The translations under genes and the position numbers were made by a program. A stretch of 36,940 nucleotides of DNA from the NCBI GenBank assembly GCA_024698065.1, contig JAILRR010000097.1:1-36940 (forward strand), read 5' to 3'. This document shows, in pieces, positions 1 to 8,125 of the stretch. This DNA is from Bacilli bacterium (GTDB lineage: Bacteria > Bacillota_I > Bacilli_A > RFN20 > CAG-826). The notes beneath the pieces are model-generated. The model worked only from the letters and a program-made list of their open reading frames with translations, did no database searches and was not told the origin of the DNA. Positions within the stretch are counted from its first letter, which is position 1. Each line of letters opens with the position of its first letter.

Positions 1-5
1 ACGGA

Positions 6-581
6 ATGGTTGAAACAAATGACCATAAATTCATCTTCATCAAAAGGCATAACAAAGTGTCCATCGCTAAGAACACATGGCAGACCTCAATTGGAGCGTC
101 TTTGAAAACCATATACGCTTTAAACGAAAACAAGACAGTGGATACCTCTAGCATCAAGAACGCGATGATCGAGGAGATGATCCACGAATTCAATCTTAAG
201 AATCTCAAGAATCTTAAGGAAAAAGAGGCAGAAATGAGGGAAAAATTTTCATTCGAAGAAAATGTTCTCTATTTCTACAGAGACTTATTGGAATGTGGAA
301 AGCCTCAGTTGATGTTCCATTATGAGCTTCCTCTTAGCAGTAGCGAATTAGTGGAGGCATTCACGAGTGGACTAAAGGCTGCGAAAAAGAATAAAGACAC
401 ATTTAACTTATATTGCGATATCGATGGACATAATCTTTTACTCATTGACAGGGAAGATATGAAGAAACTGTATCTTACACCTGATGGTTTTGCTTATAAG
501 AAGAAATTCTACAAATCGGTTCCTAGTGCAGTGGCGACCATAAGGATGCTCGTTGCCAACCTTAACGGGGAGACACTTTGA
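6..581 (+). CDS. hypothetical protein, possibly truncated at the 5-prime end by the window edge
   Basis: ORF track 6..581. The frame stays open back to the window start, so the ATG at 6 may be internal. A/T-ending codon style. No motif I recognise. Confidence 0.45.
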   Translation: MVETNDHKFIFIKRHNKVSIAKNTWQTSIGASLKTIYALNENKTVDTSSIKNAMIEEMIHEFNLKNLKNLKEKEAEMREKFSFEENVLYFYRDLLECGKPQLMFHYELPLSSSELVEAFTSGLKAAKKNKDTFNLYCDIDGHNLLLIDREDMKKLYLTPDGFAYKKKFYKSVPSAVATIRMLVANLNGETL

Positions 582-602
582 GCGAATATTTTTGGGCGCT
601 AA

Positions 603-782
603 ACCAACCACTTGAAGTATGGCAATAATGTCATGTTCGTTGGATCTGATTGGCAGGGAACGGATAAGTGGAACAAGTTTGAAGAAGAACTTGCCAAAAT
701 AGGATGCAGGGTTGAGTGCCTTCCCCATGCGGATGGAATTAGCAGCACAATCCTAAGAGACAAGTTAAACAAAAAGGATTAG
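603..782 (+). pseudogene. C-terminal remnant of a TagD-like (glycerol-3-phosphate) cytidylyltransferase
   Basis: My own translation of 603-779 gives TNHLKYGNNVMFVGSDWQGTDKWNKFEEELAKIGCRVECLPHADGISSTILRDKLNKKD, with a stop at 780-782. This resembles the last third of TagD-type cytidylyltransferases (V-F-V-G-x-D-W-x-G ... LP-x-x-x-GIS-[ST]-T). An in-frame TAA at 600-602 closes the frame upstream and the N-terminal HxGH nucleotidyltransferase part is absent. Confidence 0.55.
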
Positions 783-808
783 GTTGTCTTATCTTCATAT
801 AATCTGTT

Positions 809-857
809 GAAGCGGTGGTTCCATAAGTGATTCATGGAGTGTCCGCTTCTTTTTTTT
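809..857 (+). terminator. intrinsic terminator retained downstream of the tagD-like remnant
   Basis: GAAGCGG (809-815) pairs with CCGCTTC (843-849), with additional internal pairing, followed by a T8 run (850-857). Confidence 0.6.
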
Positions 858-898
858 GTTAGAAAAACAACGTAAACATAAAAAACGTGCCAGAACTA

Positions 899-928
899 TT
901 GAAATGAGAAAGGCAAAAATGTAAGAAT
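899..928 (+). promoter_or_regulatory. candidate sigma-A promoter for the four-gene cassette
   Basis: TTGAAA (899-904), then TG-n-AAGAAT (920-928) as an extended -10 at 17-18 nt spacing, about 110 nt upstream of the ATG at 1038. Read by eye only. Confidence 0.25.
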
Positions 929-1037
929 TGTAAATGCCGTTAATCCCAATTCTTATCGCTCACTTGCAAATGGGTAGCGGTTATTTCTGAAGACGACAAA
1001 AACATATTCGGGGCGGGAAAAATTTGAGGTTAATAAA

Positions 1038-1445
1038 ATGGGTAATTACAAAAATTTAGAAACAATCAAGACGCTAGACTGTGATAATAAAATAGCTTTG
1101 AGAATTAAGTTGAAACAAATTGCTAATTTCGAATTCGAAAATTGTTATCAAGATGCAATTGTTAAACTAGGTTCTCACGTATCCCTAAGAGCGTCTGGAG
1201 CACCAACTGTCGATAATGTTGTTTTTGAAGGACAATACGCTATCACACGGCCCTTTCCAAACAATAAACTTGCTTTGGGCGATGCAAAAGATTTTTTGAA
1301 TGAGTTCGATTCTGTCATTGGTTTTACTTATAAACTCTATGAAGAACTGCAGCATCAAAAAGCAAAGGAAGAGGAAATAAAAAAACAAAAAGCTGAAGAG
1401 CGTAAAAAAGAAATAGATAAGTTGGACGATTTCTTTAACAATTAG
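1038..1445 (+). CDS. small hypothetical protein (135 aa) with a Lys/Glu-rich helical tail; first gene of the cassette
   Basis: ORF track. GAGG-containing purine-rich stretch (TTTGAGGTTAATAAA) immediately upstream of the ATG. C-terminal KAKEEEIKKQKAEERKKEIDK. Only 35 nt upstream of the ATPase gene on the same strand. Confidence 0.6.
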   Translation: MGNYKNLETIKTLDCDNKIALRIKLKQIANFEFENCYQDAIVKLGSHVSLRASGAPTVDNVVFEGQYAITRPFPNNKLALGDAKDFLNEFDSVIGFTYKLYEELQHQKAKEEEIKKQKAEERKKEIDKLDDFFNN

Positions 1446-1480
1446 TGACTTTGTTGTCAGCAAACTAAAGGCGAAACATC

Positions 1481-3694
1481 ATGATTAAGTCAATCAATTT
1501 AAAGAATTGCACTCCTTATAATTGTGCTGAAATAACCGATTGCAAGAGCATTAATTTCATCTTCGGATCTAATGGAAGCGGAAAATCAACAGTTTCGTCT
1601 TTTTTGGCAGGCGCCTCTGACGTAAGATACAGCGAATCTTCTATAGATTGGTATTCTGAGAATCATGAAACCATTTGCGTTTACAACAAAAACTTCAGGA
1701 AAGAAAATTTTAAACAAACTATTCCAGGAGTTTTCACTTTAGGCAATGGGACAATAGAAGACATCGAGAATCTAGAAAAGCTCAAAGCGGATCATGGCGA
1801 CTTACTAAAAGAGATTGCGGGTTTATCGGGTTCTTTAGACAAAAAAGAAGAAGAAATTGCAAATCGCAATCAAAAGTTTGCCGAAGATGTTTGGCGCGGG
1901 ATATTAAAAAAATATGAGGCTGATTTCCAAAAAGCGTTCGATGGTTTTAGAGGAAACAAGGAAAAGTTCCGTTTTGAATTAGAACGTAGGTTTACTGAAA
2001 AAGCCGGAAACGTCTGCGTGTTTGATGATTTAAAGAAGAGAGCCAAGGCTCTTTATTCTGGGAAAATGAGCAAGTGTCCAAGCATAGCTCTCGAAATTGA
2101 TGATTTTTGCAAAAGAATAATTGAAATAAAAAATGATCCAATATGGTCCGTTTCAATAATTGGAAACGACGATGTGGATATAGCTGCCTTGATAAAAAAA
2201 TTTGACAATTCTTCATGGGTTAACCAAGGCCTTAAGTATTTGGATGAAAACAGCAGTGTTTGTCCTTTTTGCCAGCAAGAAACTATTACAAATGACTTTA
2301 GAAAGAAAATCGAAGAGTTCTTCAATGAGGAATATTCGAATAACGTTGCTAAAATTAACAACCTGAAACAAGAGTACATAGAGTTATGCAATAAGATTAA
2401 AGCTGTGATTGGTGATTCCGTTCCGTATGGTGAACCCACAACATCCGAGGTTTCCGGTTTGGACTTCGAAGACTTTCAAAATAAGCTATTGCTTTTGCAA
2501 AGCGCGATCGAAAAAGACTCATCTGAAATAAGCAAAAAGATAAATAACCCAGAAACGAAGATCGAGATTGTTGGTATTGGAGATGAGATAGATCGACTTA
2601 AGGCGATTATTTGCGAAGCGAATGAACGTATAGATAAACACAATTTGCTTGTTGATAACCAAAAAGCAGAAGAGGAACAATTGACCAATGATATTTGGGC
2701 GTCTTGTATTCATTGGAACGAATCCATTATTAAACGGTTCCTTGAGGATTCTTGCGATCTCAAAAAAGGATTTGAAGGAATTAAGAAGGCGAGAGATGAA
2801 AAAAGAAAAAAAGCGTTGGAACTTGAGAACTTGATTGTAGAAAAAGGGAAGAGTATTACAAGCGTTCAGCCTACGGTTGATGAGATAAACAGGTCGCTAA
2901 AAGCCTATGGATTTGATAGCTTTTCCATTCAAAAAGCCGGAACTGAAGACAATTATTATTGTATAAAAAGGAAAGACGGAAGCCCTGCCGAAGGAACTTT
3001 AAGTGAAGGCGAAGAAACCTTTTTAACCTTTTTGTATTTTATGCAAATGACCAAGGGATCATCGGATCCAGAACATGTTTCAGATGAAAAGATAATAGTT
3101 TTGGATGACCCTATTAGTAGCTTGGATAGTAACATTCTTTATGTAGTGGGTGCGTTGGTAAAGAATCTAACAAAAGACATCAAAAAGGGTATAGGTAATG
3201 TCAAGCAGTTATTCGTTTTGACACACAATGTGTTTTTTCATAAAGAGGCTTCATTCATCGATGGCAGATCAAAAGAATGCGACGATGTAAATTATTGGAT
3301 TATTAGAAAAGACGAAGGAATCTCGACAATAAAAAGTTATGGGAGAAAGAACCCTATATCCACTTCCTATCAATTACTTTGGGCAGAGTTAAAAGAAGGA
3401 GGGTCTCTCATCACAATTCAAAATACGATGCGCAGAATCATCGAAAACTACTTTGGAATAATTGGCGGCAGACTTGATGAGAAATTGATTGACGGTTTTG
3501 AAACCATCGAAGAAAAGACCATCGCTAGATCTTTGCTTTATTGGATCAATGATGGTTCCCATAGCATTCCAGATGACCTCTATATTGATTCTTTTACCGA
3601 TGCGGTTCCGAAATATAAGAGCGTTTTTAAAGAGCTATTTGTTAGAAGCAACCATTTAGCTCATTACAATATGATGATGGGAATTGATGACTAG
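1481..3694 (+). CDS. AAA_13-type ABC/SMC-like ATPase with a CxxC zinc hook and a C-terminal PrrC/RloC-like (HEPN-type) anticodon-nuclease-like domain
   Basis: Walker A GSNGSGKST (aa 29-37). Long helical insert containing CPFC (aa 261-264, nt 2261-2272). LSEGEE signature. IIVLDDPISSLD Walker B/D-loop. C-terminal MRRIIENYF (R651/R652, E655) and GSH (H694), matching the Arg/Glu/His layout of PrrC/RloC nucleases. Confidence 0.8.
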   Translation: MIKSINLKNCTPYNCAEITDCKSINFIFGSNGSGKSTVSSFLAGASDVRYSESSIDWYSENHETICVYNKNFRKENFKQTIPGVFTLGNGTIEDIENLEKLKADHGDLLKEIAGLSGSLDKKEEEIANRNQKFAEDVWRGILKKYEADFQKAFDGFRGNKEKFRFELERRFTEKAGNVCVFDDLKKRAKALYSGKMSKCPSIALEIDDFCKRIIEIKNDPIWSVSIIGNDDVDIAALIKKFDNSSWVNQGLKYLDENSSVCPFCQQETITNDFRKKIEEFFNEEYSNNVAKINNLKQEYIELCNKIKAVIGDSVPYGEPTTSEVSGLDFEDFQNKLLLLQSAIEKDSSEISKKINNPETKIEIVGIGDEIDRLKAIICEANERIDKHNLLVDNQKAEEEQLTNDIWASCIHWNESIIKRFLEDSCDLKKGFEGIKKARDEKRKKALELENLIVEKGKSITSVQPTVDEINRSLKAYGFDSFSIQKAGTEDNYYCIKRKDGSPAEGTLSEGEETFLTFLYFMQMTKGSSDPEHVSDEKIIVLDDPISSLDSNILYVVGALVKNLTKDIKKGIGNVKQLFVLTHNVFFHKEASFIDGRSKECDDVNYWIIRKDEGISTIKSYGRKNPISTSYQLLWAELKEGGSLITIQNTMRRIIENYFGIIGGRLDEKLIDGFETIEEKTIARSLLYWINDGSHSIPDDLYIDSFTDAVPKYKSVFKELFVRSNHLAHYNMMMGIDD

Positions 3695-3765
3695 AATCCA
3701 TATGAGATTAAACCAAGAATACGCCTTCGATCTTAGTTGGCGCATTAAATGGTAAGTCAGCAGAC

Positions 3766-5055
3766 ATGGTAAGGAATAGCTACTATAAATGCGATTTTTG
3801 CGACTGCACCGTGAGATTTAGGTCTCAAATAGGTGCTTTTAATATTCCTATAAACGTCTATTGTCCTAAGTGCAATTGCCACATCTCGGGTGTGATCGAC
3901 ATTGGTGATGATCCACAATCAATCAGAGAGCATGTCATAGGCGCTAGCGAAATAGAAAGCGATGAGGCTGAGTATACTTTAGAGCTTTCAACCGAATTCC
4001 TTGTTGATAAATGCAAAAAGAACAGCAAGAGCGACAAGCCAGAATTGACTATGTTCCTTAGGAGCGGACCTCTTGATGAGAAAAGAACTGAAAGAAGGGT
4101 AGAGCTTTTGACTTTTGTTCGTGACGCCGATTATTGCATAAACACCATTGAGAATCTGTACAACTTGCTTGAGAACGACGATGTTGATTTGATAAGAAAA
4201 TATTTCTTAGAGAGCAGCAACGGTTTTGTTAATTCATTTAGAGAAAACATCGATTATAACAAAGTGATTAATAAATTAGACGCTATGCTAGCGGTCAAGC
4301 ATTTTGTTAACTCTCTATTAACTCCTTTGATGCCGGAAGGCGTGTTTAGAAAGTTATATGACATCATGAACGTAAAGGTTAGGGGAATTGTCCAAAGTCA
4401 TACGTCTGCATTCATGGATTTTTTAAAACAGTTGGATGGCGATAGCGTCGAAGCATATCTATACAGAATTCCTAAATTTATAGTCGACTATATAAAAGTG
4501 GTTGGGCAACTCATCCCATTGTATGACAACTATTCAAAGTTTGATTCGATCGATCTAAATAAAAGTGGTATTTCAACTATGTCGGTTGATGAAATGGTGG
4601 TTATTTATAAGAAAGGGTATGAGCTCCTTTGCGATTCCATTGATCTAATCGTTGCCCTTAATAATATTAGCCATCACGGGACATACGATAACTTTGGTTG
4701 TGGAAAAGTTGACTTCGACAAAAAACTGAATGGATATCCTTCAAAATACGTAAAGTATCAAGAAGTAACAAACAACGATTATGATTTGTTTGATGGTTTA
4801 AGGGGCAAGTTAAACAATATTATAAGAAATGCCGAGGGCCACAATTCGATCAGAATTGACGGACTAAATCAAAACATCACTTTCACAAACAAGCGCAAAG
4901 GGAATGTTGACACATATACAATTTCATTTTTGGAGTTCGGTAAAAACTGCATAGATTTGTTTGTGGCAATTCTACATATTTGGGAATTCTATTACCAAAC
5001 GATAAAGTTCAAATCCGTTTTTATAGATGAGATGACGTTGAATTATGGAAAATAG
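3766..5055 (+). CDS. zinc-ribbon protein with a C-terminal HEPN-like R-x4-H motif (429 aa)
   Basis: CxxC (C9, C12) and CxxC (C33, C36) at the N-terminus. IIRNAEGHNSIR places R354-N-A-E-G-H359 (nt 4825-4842) in a predicted helical C-terminal part. Same strand, 71 nt after the ATPase gene. Confidence 0.65.
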   Translation: MVRNSYYKCDFCDCTVRFRSQIGAFNIPINVYCPKCNCHISGVIDIGDDPQSIREHVIGASEIESDEAEYTLELSTEFLVDKCKKNSKSDKPELTMFLRSGPLDEKRTERRVELLTFVRDADYCINTIENLYNLLENDDVDLIRKYFLESSNGFVNSFRENIDYNKVINKLDAMLAVKHFVNSLLTPLMPEGVFRKLYDIMNVKVRGIVQSHTSAFMDFLKQLDGDSVEAYLYRIPKFIVDYIKVVGQLIPLYDNYSKFDSIDLNKSGISTMSVDEMVVIYKKGYELLCDSIDLIVALNNISHHGTYDNFGCGKVDFDKKLNGYPSKYVKYQEVTNNDYDLFDGLRGKLNNIIRNAEGHNSIRIDGLNQNITFTNKRKGNVDTYTISFLEFGKNCIDLFVAILHIWEFYYQTIKFKSVFIDEMTLNYGK

Positions 5056-5087
5056 AATAGAATTTTTGGTAGTGTAGAGAGTTTATA

Positions 5088-5615
5088 ATGGGCGATTTCT
5101 TAGATTTCATTTCAAATTTCATAGAAATAACTGGCGATTCTGTAGCAGATTCAATAATTCTCGCCGTCATTGGCGTGGTTGCCTTTTTAGTTGCTTTTGG
5201 GATTGTTGGGATGATATTTGACGCTTTAGGAATCTACGACTCAGATTTGATGAGCGGTGCCCATTGGACCATAAGAATAATCGTCTTCCTTGGCCTATCG
5301 TTCGTCTGCATTCTAATGGCTAAGTTCATAAAATGGCTTTTCAGTTTTCAGTGGTGGATCTATCTCATCGCAGGATTGTTGCTTGTAGGCACAATAATCC
5401 TTACGTTTGTGATTAGGCACAAACTAATGAAGAAAAAAGCGGAACAAGCAAAGAAAGAAAATGACAACAGAACCATTGAAGCAAAAAGCATAGATAAAGA
5501 TCATTGCCCGAGATGCGGTGGGTTGCTAGTTAAACGTCATGGACCATACGGTGATTTCTATGGATGTGAGAATTACTCGAGAAGCAATTGTAGATACACA
5601 AGAAAGTTTAAATAG
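5088..5615 (+). CDS. 3-TM membrane protein with a C-terminal topoisomerase-type C4 zinc finger
   Basis: Three hydrophobic segments (SIILAVIGVVAFLVAFGIVGMIF, WTIRIIVFLGLSFVCILMAKFI, WWIYLIAGLLLVGTIILTFVI), then a basic linker and CPRCGGLLVKRHGPYGDFYGCENYSRSNCRY (C140, C143, C160, C168), which matches the zf-C4_Topoisom pattern. Confidence 0.75.
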   Translation: MGDFLDFISNFIEITGDSVADSIILAVIGVVAFLVAFGIVGMIFDALGIYDSDLMSGAHWTIRIIVFLGLSFVCILMAKFIKWLFSFQWWIYLIAGLLLVGTIILTFVIRHKLMKKKAEQAKKENDNRTIEAKSIDKDHCPRCGGLLVKRHGPYGDFYGCENYSRSNCRYTRKFK

Positions 5616-5681
5616 AGGCTTTTTATTTGCCTTCTCTTTCGTTCTTTCACATACTCTTATTGGAAAGACCGGAATGCAGGC

Positions 5682-6479
5682 ATGAAAAGAAATAGATTTT
5701 TCGGTAAATATTACAAGTTCATCAGTGATGATTCTTCTTTTTCTTTTGCGGTTATCATAAGTACCGCTAACGAAGGTGATATGCTTCAAGTCATAACATC
5801 TCATAAAGCGTTCCTCATCAATAACACTAAATCAGTAGAGGTCAAAGGAAGCATAATCACCTTCGATATCAATCAAGATGATCTTGTGATCAAAGGGGAA
5901 TTAACACTTGGAGAACTTCATCCACTTAAGAAGAAAGTGATGGGTCCATTCACATATCTCCCAATGGAATGTAGGCATGAGATATATTCCATGTACCATG
6001 AATTGAAGGGAACACTTCTGATTAATGGCAAAGAAGTATATTTCAACAAAGGCAGGGGATATATCGAAGGTGACAGTGGCACTAACTTCCCAAAGAAATA
6101 TGTTTGGTATAACAGTGTCACCGAAGATATAACCGCGACCTTCGCTTTAGCGAGCATCCCTCTTTTCGGTTTCATCCATTTCACTGGGATCCTTTGCTTC
6201 ATAAAGACAAAGGACAAGGAATACAGGCTCTGCACATATAATGGAGCAAAGCTAAAGAAGATCTCCGAAGACGAAATCATCATCAAGAAAGGGAAGTATT
6301 CCTTTGTCCTTAATATCAAGAATGAAGGAGGACATCTCCTTAAAGCACCGGTGAAAGGTGATATGGTGAGGTACATAAAGGAAAACCTTAATGTACCAAC
6401 CTCATTCAGACTCTTGAAAAAGGATGAGACTCTTATAGAAGTGAATGATCCTATATCGTCACTCGAATATATGTGGTGA
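5682..6479 (+). CDS. tocopherol-cyclase-like family protein (bacterial homologue of unknown function)
   Basis: N-terminal FFGKYYKF (compare FEGWYFK) and GYIEGDSGTNFPKKYVWYNS (compare GYxEKDWGxSFPxxWxWxQxN), recalled from the tocopherol cyclase family. Codon style is closer to the core genes. Confidence 0.5.
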   Translation: MKRNRFFGKYYKFISDDSSFSFAVIISTANEGDMLQVITSHKAFLINNTKSVEVKGSIITFDINQDDLVIKGELTLGELHPLKKKVMGPFTYLPMECRHEIYSMYHELKGTLLINGKEVYFNKGRGYIEGDSGTNFPKKYVWYNSVTEDITATFALASIPLFGFIHFTGILCFIKTKDKEYRLCTYNGAKLKKISEDEIIIKKGKYSFVLNIKNEGGHLLKAPVKGDMVRYIKENLNVPTSFRLLKKDETLIEVNDPISSLEYMW

Positions 6480-6670
6480 CACTGGCTGTTTTCAATAAAG
6501 CTTTCGCTTCTTTTGAGTCTGTTAACCAGGTTATTAATTCGTTTTAACTGAAATTTAACAACAAACTATGCCTCTATTTTCTTAATTAGGTATAATTAAG
6601 GGGATTGCTAGACATTTCTAGATAGAAAACGCTGTTATCTCTAAACATTTGAAAAAGGAAAAAAATACAT

Positions 6671-8119
6671 ATGGAACAAGAAACTTCAATCGTTAAAGAA
6701 GAAAAAGGTTTTACCTTTGCCGACTTCTGGTATGTCATCAGAAAGTTCTGGATTCTCATTGCCGCTATAACTCTCGTGGCAACGGCGGCAGGAACCATCT
6801 ATTCGTTTGCCAGCACCAAACCAAGCTATAGATCGTCCTCAAACGCCATCGTGGCGGTTGAAAGCGAAACCCAAGCCGGAACCCAGGATGTCGATTACGA
6901 TAAGTCCTTACGCGTGGTCAACACCGTCGGCGAATTCGTTCATCAAGAATTCGTCTTGGAAAGCGTTGCCAAGGAATATAACGTCAGCGTCGGTTATCTC
7001 GCTGGCGGAGTCAGCGCTTCCGTATCTTCCTCTTCCTTCATCATCACCGTCAGTTTCGTTGACGCTGATCCCGATAACGCTCAGAAATATTGCGACGCCA
7101 TCGTCAAGAGCCTCATCAAAGTCTGCGAGAACGATGAAGCCGTCAAAAAACTTAAGGTTACAGTATCGCAAACAAGCCCTGCCTCCCCAGGTGCTTTGAA
7201 CACTTCCAGCAAGAAACTCTATATCATCGCTGGCCTAGGCGGTGGTTTGGTCCTTGGCGTTATCGCCGCCTTCATTGCTGAAGCAGTGGCCAATAAATTC
7301 TCTTCCAAGAGTGATGTCGAAGACCACTTCCCAGATATTGCCGTCATCGGTAAGTTCTATCAGAACAAGTGCATGGAAGATAGAAACAAGAAGTCCCATA
7401 GAAGAAGAGCCGCTAAACTCGTTGGCAACACCGTCCGTGAGCTTGAGCCGTATAACACCCTCCTTTCCAATATCTATTACGCGAACCCAGAGAACCCATA
7501 TAAAGCGGTCCTCGTCACCTCAACCGAGCCGGAAGACCTTAAGACCACAACGGTCGCTAACCTCGCTTACTGCGCTGCCACCAATGGCAAGAAGGTCGTC
7601 CTCATCGACTTCGATGTCAGAAAACCAACCATCCATCGTACCTTCAGAGTCGAGAAAGAAAACGGTCTCATCGACTTCATCGGTGGAACTTCCAAAGAGG
7701 AAGACATCATCAAACACAGTGAGTCTGGCGTTGATATCATCACCCCAGGTCTCAATGTCGTTAACCCAGTCGTCCTCATCCAGTCTGAGAAGATCGCTAG
7801 CCTCATCAAATCCCTCAAAGAGAAATACGACTATGTCTTCATCGACACCCCACCAGTCGGCGTCTGCAACGACGCTCTCGTTTTAAGCAAAGTCGCTGAT
7901 GGTGTCGTCTTCAATATCGCTCTTGCGATAACGAAGAAATCCGCTGCCGAGGAATCGGTCAAATCCCTTAGACAATATGGGGCGAAGATCATTGGCCTTA
8001 ACCTCACCAAATATCCTCTCCACGCCAAAAACGAGAGAAACGCTTCCTATTATTACAACTATTACAACACCGATTCTTCCGAAGGGGAGAAAGAGGCTGT
8101 TACCGCTGAAAAGAAGTAA
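6671..8119 (+). CDS. Wzz-type chain-length determinant fused to a BY-type protein-tyrosine kinase (CpsC/CpsD-like) with an atypical Walker A
   Basis: N-terminal TM (FWILIAAITLVATAAGTIY) and a second TM (LYIIAGLGGGLVLGVIAAFIA). Kinase part has VLIDFDVRKP (Walker A-prime), VFIDTPPV (Walker B) and a C-terminal Tyr cluster SYYYNYYN. Walker A reads TEPEDLKTT rather than the usual PGEGKST. Confidence 0.85.
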   Translation: MEQETSIVKEEKGFTFADFWYVIRKFWILIAAITLVATAAGTIYSFASTKPSYRSSSNAIVAVESETQAGTQDVDYDKSLRVVNTVGEFVHQEFVLESVAKEYNVSVGYLAGGVSASVSSSSFIITVSFVDADPDNAQKYCDAIVKSLIKVCENDEAVKKLKVTVSQTSPASPGALNTSSKKLYIIAGLGGGLVLGVIAAFIAEAVANKFSSKSDVEDHFPDIAVIGKFYQNKCMEDRNKKSHRRRAAKLVGNTVRELEPYNTLLSNIYYANPENPYKAVLVTSTEPEDLKTTTVANLAYCAATNGKKVVLIDFDVRKPTIHRTFRVEKENGLIDFIGGTSKEEDIIKHSESGVDIITPGLNVVNPVVLIQSEKIASLIKSLKEKYDYVFIDTPPVGVCNDALVLSKVADGVVFNIALAITKKSAAEESVKSLRQYGAKIIGLNLTKYPLHAKNERNASYYYNYYNTDSSEGEKEAVTAEKK

Positions 8120-8125
8120 CCGAAG

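Noticed and set aside
438-728. 96-aa minus-strand ORF
   Set aside because: It overlaps the end of ORF 6-581 and the tagD-like remnant on the opposite strand. The plus-strand reading has recognisable homology and this one has none.
6807-7886. Long plus-strand alternative-frame ORFs (6807-7199, 7242-7886) and several minus-strand ORFs inside the Wzz-kinase gene
   Set aside because: They lie entirely within a gene with clear family motifs. Their translations are low-complexity Ser/Pro/Leu/Thr-rich strings with no RBS. They are the expected by-product of the strong C-ending codon bias, which removes stop codons from the other frames.
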